NCBI GenBank assembly: GCA_964270895.1
Contig: OZ185437.1
Reading direction: 5' to 3' (one strand)
DNA from: Podarcis filfolensis
Lineage: Eukaryota
Length of the DNA stretch: 64,000 nt
Every line of letters starts with the position of its first letter. Position 1 is the first letter of the stretch. Both the position numbers and the translations under genes were made by a program. Below, piece by piece: positions 46,560 through 59,179 of this stretch. The notes under the pieces are model-generated. The model was given only the letters and a program-made list of their open reading frames with translations, searched no databases and was not told the origin of the DNA.

Positions 46560-47210
46560 CAGATAATAGGGATACCAACAAGGCCAAGGCGCCGGTAACA
46601 ACGCCCCCCCCATTAAGGCCTATTGCAAGTCATAGACCAACGAAGTAGCTGTCTCTCCCTCTATATATAAAACTATAAACACACACATGTGTGTGTAAGT
46701 GTGTAAGCGACAGGTGGGGGCGAAGCCACTAACTGCAACCTCCCACCCGCTGCTTCTTCTCAGCCTGACGCACCTGAGAGGGTTGGAATCAGCTCCTGGG
46801 GGCTCCTCTCCGGCTTCCCCTTCTGGGCCCTGCGGCGGCGGCGAGGCTGGAAGAAGAGACGAGCTCCTGAGCAGCTCCAAGGAGCGCAGCGACCATCCTT
46901 GAACCAGGAAGAGGAAGACGAAGCGAAGGGAGGGTTGGGGGAGGGGAAAGCCAAACAACAACAAGAAGATTCTCCCCTCAAAGTTCACCCGCCGGACGGA
47001 GGAAGGAGGCGGAAGCCGAGAGTGACGCGAAGGCCCCGCCCACTGCCCCTCTCGCGCTAGCACGCGCCTGCCCCCCCCTCCCACAACGGCGGGGAAGCGC
47101 TGGCGAATGTGCGCGTGCGCGGTGCCTTCTTTTTTCTAAGCCGTGTTTCTGCGGGGAGGACAAACGGAGACGGTTGCGGAACAGGTGCGCTGTAGGACCC
47201 GGTCCACACA
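46560..47210 (-). promoter_or_regulatory. SHPRH: CpG island: SHPRH promoter and non-coding exon 1 (donor CAG|gtgcgt, exon ends at 46774; TSS probably ~47000-47050)
   Basis: Abrupt rise in GC and CpG. GC box ccccgccc at ~47034-47041, ETS-like cggaag at ~47010, NRF1-like gcgcgtgcgc at ~47111. Lies 2.6 kb upstream of the exon 2 acceptor. Confidence 0.8.
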
Positions 47211-47359
47211 GATTAGGTTGCAGTGATGGGTTTAACCAGGATTATTTAGGTTGGTCTTGAGGTTCTGCGAAGGTCTTGAGCCTTATTTTAAAATTATTAT
47301 TTTTACAAAAACCCAACCCCTGTCTTTTCGACTTAAGTTAGATGCAACTTTTTAAAGAT

Positions 47360-47520
47360 CTTGTAGTGCGGCGAGCACTTTGGAACTCCTTGCCTATTGA
47401 AACCAGGCAGGTGCCTTCACTGAACTCTTTTCGGCACCTGCTGCTAAAGACATTCTTGTTTAGGCGAGCCTACCCATGCATTGTGTGCTTTTATATTATT
47501 AGTGCTTTTAATTGTCTTAA
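47360..47520 (+). mobile_element. L2-type 3' end fragment
   Basis: ctttggaactccttgcct..aggcaggtgccttcactg..ttttcggcacctgctgctaaagacattcttgtttagg resembles the tail at 4590-4680. Confidence 0.55.
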
Positions 47521-48289
47521 TTGTTCTTACCAATAATGTTTTTTTTTATTTGTTTTGGGAAATGTTTAGGATTTTTTTTAAAACAACAACAGCAGCAGCA
47601 GCAGCAATGAATCTATATAGAAATTTTATGAAACATATAAATAAATAAATAAAATTGGGGTTCCACAGCAAAATGGATCCAACAAGCCAGAAGTTTGCCC
47701 ACCTTGGTTCATAAGAGGAAGAGAAAGCAGGTCAGCTGGCAGAAATAGCTCTTCCTTTTGCCTGTTTCTGGCTCCCTGCTGCTGAACCAAATCCCTGCTG
47801 CTGCACCACCCAAAGAGAAAGGCCAAGCAAACAAAGGGAAGCAGCAGAAACCATCCCTGGCTGAGGGATCCTAAGGAGGCAATGGCTGCTGCTGCCCTGA
47901 ACCTAGAAAGGAGGTGGGTAGAAGGCTGAGGACGGCAGGGAAGCATGCAGGCAGGCTCCTGCCTCTTCTCTCTTGCCCACCCTTGCTGGTGCCCACCTGT
48001 AAGTCATGTGGTATCATCACAACAAGCTGAATAATGTTTTTGCAGAACTGAAACTGCAGTGGAATGGAAGCAGTGCCGCATGCACTGGATACAGAGCAAA
48101 ATGGAAGATGATGGATTATCACAAGTAGACGCACATCCAGCAACAGATCTAGGAGAAGTTCCAATAGTAAAGTGTCTGTGCAAATGCAACCTTGGTAGAA
48201 CATCAAGGGAACATTGCAGGAATATTACGGTGGGGTTGCAGGTGGACATGATGTCACAAGTACTATGACCACCTTGCTGCATTCAGTAA

Positions 48290-48575
48290 GCTTCACTAGT
48301 TAGGAACATAGCCTTATACTGAGTCAAACCATTGGTCCATCTCGCTCAGTATTGTCTGCCTCATCCCTGGCCATTGGCCATGCTGGCTGGGGCTGATGGA
48401 GTCCAACAATATCCGAAGGGCCAGATGTTAACCCCCTCTGATCTGCACTTACTGGCAGTAACTGTCCAAAGGTTCAGACAGGGAATATTCCCAGTTTTAT
48501 TTAGAAATGGTAGGGAATCTTGGGTTTCTGCCATACAAACCAGAAGCTCTGTTGCTAAGCTACAACCCTTTCTGC
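48290..48575 (-). mobile_element. Degraded tRNA-derived SINE (Squam3-like) interrupted by a palindromic short repeat (~48361-48435)
   Basis: Reverse complement contains gacaatactgag..gatggaccaatggtttgactcagtataaggc..atgttcc tail, and a tRNA-like head at ~48540-48575. Confidence 0.5.
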
Positions 48576-49666
48576 AGTTACTGAATAGGAACCATTAATT
48601 TTACAAGTTGAATTCAACTTTTAATAATTTCTTTTTTAAAACAACAACACCTTAATGAAAGATTAGAAGACAAATACAGCTAGTTAATGTTGACACTACA
48701 TAACTGCAGTGACCCAACACACTCAGTCCCCCCCCCCAAGAAGGCGTTTAATAACATCTACTGTCTGCTTCAGTAGAACAGCTTTGACACCTTTCAAGGC
48801 TCACAGGGATATGGCGATAATTATTTAATTAAAGTGTGCAAAAGCTTGTGAAGATTTGCCGACAAGAACATAGCCCAGCATAAATGAGATGTTTTACTAC
48901 AGCAGACTATAAAACTATTCAAGCATAAAGTTGCTGTACTTAAGTTTCAGATCAGTGAAGAGATCAACTTTATATAACCCAGTGGGGAAATTACCTCCAG
49001 AGGATTTTACACCTTCATTTCCTTCCTCCAGTTTAATTGTTTATGTTGTATACTAACACGCCAAACATCACAGAGGATTTCCGGCAATGTTCATAATGTT
49101 CTTTTACACTAAGTAATGATCCTGTATGGCTGGTCTGAGAGTGAAAGATCCAGATTATTTGGGGCAATGTTACTTAGTGGGACACTTAAGGCTTTTCAAG
49201 ATGACCCTAAATGTGGGTGTATTGCTGTGATAACACAGAGTAATATACACTGATGGAGCTAAACTTGGTAGGGTGGTAGGGCATGTCTGCTTTGTGGCTT
49301 TTCAGTACCCATCTCATTATATATAAATATTTCAAAGTATATCGGGGTGAGGAACCTGTCACCATCCAGATGTTATTGGACTCCAACTCCCATCAGCCCC
49401 AGACAATATGGCCAGTGGTCAGGGATGATGTGAATTGTAGTACAACAACATCTAGAAGACCATAAATTTCCTATCCCTCGTATAGAGGATTTCACTGGTA
49501 GTTGACTCTGTGATGAACAGAGGCCAAAATTCTTTCAGATACACAGACAATCAACACATGTGCCCATGCTACACTGAATTTCTATCCCTTATTTGAAATG
49601 TCTTTGCATAATGTTATTAATACAGAATTTCACTGTGGTAGCTGCTGACAGGCAATAGCTCTGTCT

Positions 49667-50018
49667 TAAAGGTAAAGGGACCCCTGACCATTAGGTCCAG
49701 TCGTGACCGACTCTGGGGTTGCAGCACTCATCTCGCTTTATTGGCCAAGGGAGCCAGCGTACAGCTTCCAGGTCATGTGGCCAGCATGACTAAGCTGCTT
49801 ATGGCGAACCAGAGCAGTGCACAGAAACACCGTTTACCTTCCCACCGGAGCGGTACCTATTTATCTACTTGCACTTTGACGTGCTTTCGAATTGCTAGGT
49901 TGGCAGGAGCAGGGACCGAGCAACGGGAGCTCACCCCGTCGCGGGGATTCGAACCACCGACCTTCTGATCGGCAAGTCCTAGGCTCTGTGGTTTAACCCA
50001 CAGCGCCACCCGCGTCCC
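49667..50018 (-). mobile_element. Full-length Sauria SINE (lacertid type)
   Basis: Minus strand gggacgcgggTGGCGCTGTGG...GGTTCGAATCC (pol III A/B boxes), body, and (accttt)n tail. Confidence 0.93.
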
Positions 50019-51121
50019 TAGCTACTAATTTGTCTTTTAATGCTGGTGAAATGCCATATGCTATGACAATAGGGGAGTTCAGATAAACATTAAAAGAACA
50101 TGTGAGGACCTTGTGGACAAGATAGGCCTGATGTCAACACACCCAGTGGCTCCATCCTCACCACCCGCATGTCCTACATGTGTGAGAAGAAGCTCTCTGT
50201 GTAACCAGTATATGCATGCAGAGAGGCTACACACATGGTGATCCAAATGGGCCCAGGATTTTACTCCCAGATTATCCTTAATAAACTGCATGGCTGACAT
50301 CCGCAATCGTGGGATCCGCTGTTCACCATGGCGGCAGCACCGGAAGTGATTCCTATGAATATTTGAACCCCATAATGGTGCTATTACGATTAGGATAAAA
50401 ATTCCATCCTTCAGTCTGAAAGTTTTGGTTTAAAAATGAATTCACTTTGAGCTAAGTGAAAAAGAAAGAGTACTTTAAAGGAAGGCCTTATATCTAATTA
50501 AGTGGTCCTATTTCATTTCTGAAATAGCAATCATGATTTCATTAGGTGAAGAGTTAACTATCTCTTAAGCAGTGTGTGTGTTTTATGCTCAAGAGCATTT
50601 TGGCTTTAGATAACTGAAATACTAAGCCAGTCCATAAAGTGCCGCTGGAAAGCATTTTATACCCCTGAAAATGTGGCTGCAAAGCCAATTTAAATTCTCT
50701 GGAGTCCGTGGCTGCTCAGTATACATGTCACTGTTGTGAAGGGAGCAATATATTATTCCAGTAGCTGCCAATTTGGAACACCCTAAGGAGGGTGTAGTAT
50801 ATTATTCTGCTAGCTGTCAGTTGGGAATACCCCAGAGACAGAGAGGGTCTGCTTCAGATTGCGAAGGAAGATACCATTTTTAAATGTTCCTTAATATTTT
50901 TTAAAAAATGATACCTTCACCTGCATTTTGAAGTGGTACAGTCCATTCTATTACCCCAGAGTTTTACCACTGAATTCTGCTGCATAAACCAGGCTAGATA
51001 ATTGTCCCTTAATGGTGGTTTCTCTGGACAATGATCAATTTTCTCCTCACCTCCACCTATCCCTGAACACTAAAACAAAATTCTTCAACTTCCTAAACTT
51101 ACTCGCTAAATGGGTCAAAAA

Positions 51122-51787
51122 TGTTATGGTGTCATGTGACTCAGGGTTTCTCAGGGACTGAGACTGTGGATACAGAGGATACCTTCGACTGTGAGAAGGA
51201 TTTCCCCTCAGAACCAGTCTTGGTTGTTCCTGTCTCCTCAGGTGTTACATCACCAGAGGAGCAGGTGATGCCTGCACTTCTCCAGTCCCAAGAGGTCACA
51301 CTGCCTTTCTCAGACTCTGAGGGTGACAGCTCAGAGATCATAGAAGAATCATGGGCTGCTCTGAGCTGCCAGAGTCAATGGCTCCCAAACAAGATTCCAA
51401 CCACCAGGGGCGAGGCTGGCTACACGGTGGAAGCTGCAGTCCAGTTAAGGCTAAATCTGACTTTGCTGATTGTTGGAGCAGCATTCAAGACCGTCTTGTC
51501 AAACTTCCAATCTATGTGACGTGGAGCTGTCCAAGGTGCTAACTGCCTTTGCCTTGACCCCTTATCTGCTTTTGCCTGATATTGCTTATCTGTACTTAAC
51601 TGCCTCTGCTTTGTCTGACTTTGAATTGGCAGATTTCTGCTTGACCTCAGTGAAGGACCATCAGTGAGAAACAGTGTGAACATCTCCCAGGGTGAGAAAC
51701 TGGGAGAGAAAAGGAAAGCTCCCAGGCGAAAGCTCAGAGTGTCTGTCGTTTTCTGTGTGGGGCTGGGATTAAGAGCTACTTTGGACA
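51122..51787 (+). mobile_element. Probable solo LTR (Gypsy-like)
   Basis: TG...CA-bounded ~670-bp block of higher GC than the flanks, with an acidic/Ser-rich pseudo-ORF and a C/T-rich segment; no TSD found. Confidence 0.45.
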
Positions 51788-52070
51788 GAGAGACAATTGT
51801 GAATTTGTGCACTATTTTTGTATTTTAGATACCTGGCTGATGATGTTCTCCTTCCTTTTCGTTTGTGCTGTTGCTGTTATGAGTATCTGTATTTTATCTT
51901 TTTTAAAAAAATCTATATTCCATTACGTATTTTTTACGACAATTGTAACCATTTTGATTTTTATATTGTACAGATATTATGTTATGTATTGACATTTGTG
52001 TTCTGTGTTTTAAACTACCTTGTGCTCTTTCATCGAAGGGTGGTATATAAAATACACATAATAAGGGCGA

Positions 52071-52093
52071 TGTGTGTGTGTGTGTGTGTGTGT
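52071..52093. repeat. (TG)n microsatellite
   Basis: Read directly from sequence. Confidence 0.95.
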
Positions 52094-54599
52094 ATAAAAC
52101 AATACTAATAATATCAACATCAATAGCAAAATAACAATAATATAGTATATATTTGAACTGGCTTCTCCCATCCTAGCATGACACCACACCACACTGATGC
52201 TATGTATGGGTTGTGCCCATAATTAATCTTAAATGCATAAAAACATTGTGTGAGTTAGCTAAGCTCGTATTTTTCCATCTCCACTGTGGTACTAAATTCG
52301 TTTTCTCTCAAAAAAATTCTCTTCGGCTCTGTACAGGCACCACACAGGTGTCTTAACATATTTTTCATGTACAATAAAAATGTGAACAGACTGAGTTTCT
52401 CTTCGGCTGTCAACACAGCACTGTGCATTCTGTGTTAATGTCCAAAACACTTCCTCCGCAGCACCACCCCATGATTCTCTTTCAGGAACATGACATGAAA
52501 ACATCATGTCTGCATGACATGAAAACATCACAAGTCTGTACATACTCCCTGGATGGGATTGAAAGGATTTATTTAGGTATGTTTTAAAGCTTCCATTTGG
52601 TGCTTCAGACAATTGTAGATGGAAGATTATATTCAGTGTAAGAGGCACCAAAGGCCACTGGGAGGCTCCTAGGAAGAACCTTGTGGCAAGGGGGTGGCCA
52701 GCCTGGCCCCATCCGCTGGCCACAGAAGGAGCTTGCTTTCTCCTCCATGCCAGAAAGAACACTCCGCTCCAACTTCCAGTCTGCTTTAGTATTGCAGAAG
52801 CAAAATGAGAGGACGTTCTGGCCCCATCCATTGTGAGCCATCAACTGCTATTCAAGCAAGAACACTGGCCAGCGAAGATCAACTATAAATTGATGACTAT
52901 AAACAGGTGACTATAAATGCCTGGTTATGGCCCACTGCTTCAGTCTGGCCTTAAGGAGTTGATGTTCCATTTCTCTGCTTTTCCATCCACTTCTTTTCCC
53001 TTGTGGGTCTTTGTGTGCCTGATGGCAGTGCTCCTCTACTCTTTTAAATTGATGCAAGCTGCTTTGGGAGAGAATAATTGCCTGAAAAAGAGGTGGGTAG
53101 GTTAAAAATATGGTTAAATAAATAAGCAAACTGTTTTGAATGCCACTGAATCAGCGAGTCTATGAGTGAACGTCAAACAATAGAGATTAAATGTGATATG
53201 AGAGGATACTATTTTGTTGAATTGCTGCTGGGAAGAAAACGACCTAAACTGCTATAGCTAATGCAAGAAATGTATGGTCTAATGAAGCCCCAGTATAAAG
53301 TATACATTAATATTCCTTTTAGGTAGTCAAATGTCATGAGGGCCAATGTCAGTGAGTAAAACAGGATACTGCCTCATAGCAGATCAGCTGCAAGGGAAAA
53401 AAGTGGGGGGGGGTGATCATAAAACTATACATGAATTTTTCATGTACAGTTAGATAGTTTGTTATTTTAAGTTCTTCTAGCTTTCTTTGTATTCCCATAA
53501 TATCTGATTTAATCTTAACAGGTAAATTTTAAAAGCTAGGGTTCAATTTCTCAAATAGTCATGAAGAGAGGTAACAGCTCTGCAAAATACCAAGAGAAAG
53601 ATGAAGTTACTAAAAACAAAACCCCACTATTTCTTTAAATATTGGCTTAAAAAAAATAAAACCTCTCCAAAAATACTGGAGAATTCTCAAAAACAAACAA
53701 ACATAGGTACAGTACATTTTCCTCAGTGCATGGAAATGAGACACAGTTTTCTCCAATAATAAGTGCTTTGCAATTTGAAAAGTGTAGCTATTTCAGTTGT
53801 ATTCATGAGGCAATTACCGTATTAATGACCACTAAACAAAATGAACCAAGGAAGCACAGGGTTCTCTCCTGCTTTTTCATACTGTGAACTTTCTGAAGGC
53901 TCATATTTTAAATGCATATCTAAAACACATAGATTTAATCAAAACTTTAATTCATTTTCCAAACTGGGCTACCAGGTTACAAATAGAGCAGCTCTGCTTT
54001 ATTTGTTATGCTGCTCAAGATTGAATGAGGCGCCTTAGACTTTCGCAACCTCATTTTTCAAAAATAATGGGAGTACTGGATGGTCTGCACTGGAATGTCT
54101 GATATAATTTACTGTCACGGCCTTGGAAAGGGGATCTTAACAGAGCAGCCCCTGGGTGGCAACATGTGGACAGATGTGTCACCCACCAACACAAACCCAT
54201 GAGCCTGTCTTGATTGTGATGACTGCAGATTACCAAGAATTTATTTAGCAAGATTAGTTAAAGAAAGGAATATAACTTTGATTTCTCAGCAGATGGGATA
54301 TATCATTTAGGAAATGCTGGATCCTTGCTTTCTTTAGTGGACTTGCTTCATGCTGTGTGATAGGATACAGGGAGGACAGAAGTATCTCTGCACTAGTAGT
54401 GGCAGGCCATTAGTGGCCTGTTTTGGCTTTGACTTGGGGAGACTGATCTCCTCCTTTGCTGAGTTGGTCAGGTTAAGAGTATAAAAAGAGTCCTGCTGGA
54501 TCAGACCAGTGTCTCATTTAGTTTGGCCAACCAGATGCCTATGGGAATCCCACAATCAAGACCTGGTTAAGTTCTTAAGGGAGGAGTTGGACAGATCTA

Positions 54600-54750
54600 G
54601 AGAGAGAACTTCTCCAGACCTAGAGAGACTTGGCATCTCCAAGTAGGGTTGAGACATTCTCCTGCCTGGTACCTGGCCTGGAGAGCCACTGCCAGTCAGA
54701 GTAGACAATACTGAAGTAAGGAGACCAACAGTATGACTTGATAAAAGGTT
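54600..54750 (+). mobile_element. Degraded Squam3-like SINE body/tail
   Basis: ggcatctcca..tagggttg..cctggagagccactgccagtcagagtagacaatactga. Confidence 0.5.
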
Positions 54751-57394
54751 TTAGCAGACCCAACCATTGTTTTCATGCCCTGTTGCCTTGCTACTGCTAA
54801 GCTAGAATAAAGCAAGTTGTGACCGACTTCTCCCCTTCTGCCATCAAGGATGTCCTGTGTAATTTCTTTCCTCCATCTAGCTACTCTCCTCTTTGCCATT
54901 GTACAAATAACAATATGGGTGAATCGAGGGGATATTTGAGCCAGTTCAAATATTTGTTTGTTTTCCCCATTTTCCAGCCTACAGGCATCTATTTATGTAT
55001 TAAACATGTTGTTACCAAGGGGATGCAGTACAAACCTTACATACCCCCTGAAAATGCAAGGGAGGGGGGTTGCTTGGTTGAATGCATTTCCACACTCAAG
55101 CTTCCCATTATATGTAAGACTAATATATATCAGGCAGAAGGCTTCCAGTCTAGCTTTCCCTCTAATGCCTTAGCTTTACAAATAAGGGACATTTTTGCAT
55201 AGGCACATTAATTCAAGTATGTGGTTCTCTTCTACCTCATAAAAAACTAGTGTTATCTTGTGCACCTTCAAGATTGCTGTGATCTAAGCTCTACCAGTGT
55301 GAGCCAACCAGCCTTATCTATCCAAGCTTCTCTCTGTTGGATATTGTAAGAACACTATGAGCCTAAGATTTAAGTGTGCATTGAAAAACCCTCCCTTTAG
55401 CTACCAAACTTGGATCTTAACTAGTCCTCTGCTAATGAAAGGGCTGCTTACATTCATGGAGGGAGCTGGTATCTAGCAGAGTATGGGGTGGTATGACATT
55501 TTCTTTGCTCATCTCTCCTTTCCCCAGCAGCTGCCCAATGCTGCTGTGGAGCACCATTCATAACTCTCTGCGGCAGATTGGCAAGGGGAAAAGGGAGGTT
55601 ACTGAAAGTCACTTCTCCACTTCCATTAGTGAGAGAGTCTCATGATCAGAATTCCACTCACATGACATTCCCACCTGCAGAAGCTTGCTTAGGCTGCACT
55701 CCAAATCCCACTTACCTGCAAATAAGCCCCTTTAATTTAAAGAGCACTTCTTTCTGAGTAGACATCGTTAGGGTTGCAACCTTAGGATCTAAGTCAATGA
55801 TTTGTGAGCAGAGCAAGGTGCTTCAGGAGGTGGCGCATGATTGCATGGTCCATGATTAGCCAGAACTCCCAAGGAAGTTGGTGTTCAGTTCACATATGAT
55901 CCAAGACAGACCTATCTGAGACTTTTCCATATTAAGCTCAGAGTGGAGTTATGTTAGATGGTCGAGGTACATTCCACAAGTGAAGATGAAGGACTTTTAA
56001 TGGGGTTATGCTGTTCATATCAGTCACAATTCCAACATGTCAACGTGCTTTTTTCTCATAACCCTTTCTAAATTCCCAATATTTTATTTTGTTTGTTTTG
56101 CCTTTTAAATCAGCACTTAAACAACAACAACATAAGCCTTTTTAAATTGTAGGAGACAATAGGGGAATGTAGGGAATGTAGGGAAATTGGATGACCCTTT
56201 CTGACTTTTGTGATTCTGCTAAGATACATTTGTGCAATATATAGAAATGAAAAACTAGATATGGCAGGATACTGAGGGGTGCAAAGAGCAGCTGCTAAAT
56301 ATTTGATGCAGGCATTCTCTTCTGTGCTAAAGTTACTCATTGGTTGGGGATAGGAGGGGGAATAAGTCCTAACTTTTGCAGCAAATGGGGTTTTGTTCTT
56401 CGATGTCAACAATATGGAACGAGGGACTTTGATAACTAGTCCCAGATATATTTCATGGCAGGTTGCCAGAAGAGAGAGTGGCTGGCCTGATCTCTATTGC
56501 CGCTTGAGTGTCATCATTGCTAATGGCCAGAAGGCAGTTCTGTAGATATTTAGTCAGCAGAGGTAAGGTGACATAAGGGGCCAATGTTGATTCCAAATGG
56601 CACTTTAAAAAGCCTCTGATTCCGCTTTGACAACCCTTCCTTTGGGTAAAAATCAAGCTTTCTTCAGACTCTTCCTACAGGCTTTGCTGGCTTTCAGCTC
56701 CCAATCCACCCACCTGTCAGCCCAGCTATGCACTAATTCGCTTGGCTGCCAGCTTTATCCATGAGCTTTATTGCACCTTCTCCAGACTGCCAGTGCCAAT
56801 ATTTGTAAAAAAAGATAACAGGCTGTGTGGAGTGCACCACCCGTGATCCTCCAGCTGCTGCTGAACTACAACTTATATCAGCCCTAGTCAGCATGGCCAA
56901 TGGTCAGAGATGATGGGAGTTGTACTTCAGCAACAGCTAGAGGGCTGTGGCTTAGCCACCCCTCTTATTGTCATTAATGCAAATATATTAAATGAAACCT
57001 GTGGCAAACTTCCACACCTCCTTACACATGGAAAATTTAATCAATTTCAGTGGCATTATTAGAACTGCAGCCTTATTTTAAAATGCTCGCATGGCTTCCA
57101 ATAACTCATCGAGTTCTGTGTTCATTTCAGAGCATCGTATCTTCATGGTTTGTTGGGCTACCTTTGCACTTAGCAGTAAAGCTTAGTAGCATACAGTATA
57201 TATTAGTTGTGATTCTCAAATTGGCAGCCCTTTGGATAGTCTCATATGCCCAGGGCAGAATATCATCCACACCAGGCTCTTGGTTTAAAGTGAAATTACC
57301 CTTAATGATGAAAGTAACTTGGGTTTTGAAAGAAGCTCAGGATTCTGTCACATTCATTAAATGAACCACAGGAGACACATCTCAGAATGGGCAA

Positions 57395-58045
57395 ATTGGA
57401 ATCAAAATGCTAGCACCTGTCAGCAACCTGGCTGCAGCATTTTGTCCCAAATGCAGTTTCTGAACACTTTTCAAGGGTAGTCCCACACAGTAATCCAGTG
57501 TAGAGGATGAGAGTACATCAGTACCAATATAGTGCCCTCTGGATGTCGTTGGACTCCAACTCCCATCATCCCTGACTATTGAACATGCTGCCAGGGGCTG
57601 ATGGGAGTTGGAGTCCAACAACAGAACATAATAATCTGCCTCAAACCAAGTCAGATTAACAGTCAAACTGGCCTAGTTGGTTTTTTTTACACTAATTAGT
57701 GGCAGCTCTCCAGGGTTTCAGGGTGAGGTCTTTCCTGGCCTACCTTAACATTCTGGAAATTCAAGGTGGGACCTGTGTGCCTAGCAGATGCTCTACTACA
57801 GAGCTATGACCCTTCTGCATACACCTAGAAGGTACCACATTGGCTTCCCTTTCACTAGTGCATGAATGACTGTGGCAAGGAAAGTTCTTAGTTGGCAAAC
57901 TAGCCAAAGATGGGACAAGGCACTCTTCACAACCAATGCTACCTGCCTATCCGACAGGAGCAATGCATCAAGGAATACTCCTAAACTAAGTACCTGATCT
58001 TTCACAGGAATCGCAACTCCATCCAAGACAGACTGCAAACTCAAA
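57395..58045 (-). mobile_element. L2 fragment split by nested short repeats
   Basis: DQVLSLGVFLD...TVIHALV (57836-58045) and LDYCVGLPLKSVQKL..QNAAARLLTG (57395-57510), separated by a hairpin repeat and a tRNA-like SINE. Confidence 0.7.
57548..57619. repeat. Short foldback repeat with perfect 21-bp arms; degraded relatives at ~48361-48410, 49373-49450, 56875-56935
   Basis: gttggactccaactcccatca (57548-68) / tgatgggagttggagtccaac (57599-619). Confidence 0.85.
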
Positions 58046-59179
58046 CACGAATCATCAACAATTTCTGTTTAATCTGGATTGAACCTCTACCACATCTAGT
58101 CCTTCACACTCGGGGGCTGGCATATAGATACAGGTATGGATAAAATACTGTGACGAATGCAGGTAATTCCCGAGGTAGTACGTTTGGATGAACATAAACT
58201 ATGCATTGCTTGAGAGAGACTAAAGCCCCTGAAGAGCATTGAAAACACACAATGTGTCTCAAGGTGCCGGATTATGCATTAAGATATATTTCACATTTGA
58301 AGATGCTTGAAACCACCATGAGATGAAAACTCCCTATTGGCTGAATCTCTGGGGAAGTCTGTGTGATTTGCTTACTTTAAAAAGGGTATATGGAATTCAT
58401 TATGCTAATGAAACAACACCATGGAATTTATATTTCAGTTGGAGATAATATGTGAGGTCATTCAGCCTTCCTGTATTGCTGCAGAGATGTGTTTTAAAAC
58501 TTCTATTTATCAATAATCTTTCTGGAGGAAGCTACAATAACTCTTACTTGTTTTGCCTTAAGGATATCCCTATCTCTCCAAACCATGCTAGAGGCTCCCA
58601 TATTAATCTTAAAGCTGCTGCTCATCCTCATGAGTTTTGCTGGACTTCCAGGAGTCTACATGCTCTATGCATACTGCAGTTTATTATAATACTTTTATAT
58701 GTTCACAGATATATCCTTTGGAATTGAGTTAGTAATGCAGATTGGCCATATCCCAGAAACACCAGATTGTTTCTAAGTAATAGTTGATCTGGCAGTTCTG
58801 CCTCTCAATCTCAGCAAAATGGTTCAGTCTATTGTGAAGATGGGAAACAACTATCCATATTTGGCTCTGTAAAAGCTATGTCGTGGTCTTGGAGTGTTAT
58901 CAAGCTGTGTGTGAGGGAGGTGATCCCACTTTTAGCAGGGAGTGGAGGGATGAGACAGGACTCAGAATTGAAGCTGTGTAGATCAAATGGGTATCCTGTC
59001 CAAGTTGGTGAAATGGGGTATGTTAGCAGCATCCTATGGCTCCTGAGCCATCCTCCTAAGGAGCAGAAGCTTATCCCCTCAGGTATTAAAGGTGCTTTTG
59101 TTGTTCTGCAAATCATGGATGTTCTAGAAAGCATCCTTTATTGGGTATTAAAATTGGGTTGTTGCATGCCTATCAGTTT

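Noticed and set aside
47161-47200. Divergent transcript from the SHPRH CpG island (CAG|GTGCGC donor on +)
   Set aside because: A single donor-like motif with no supporting downstream exon.
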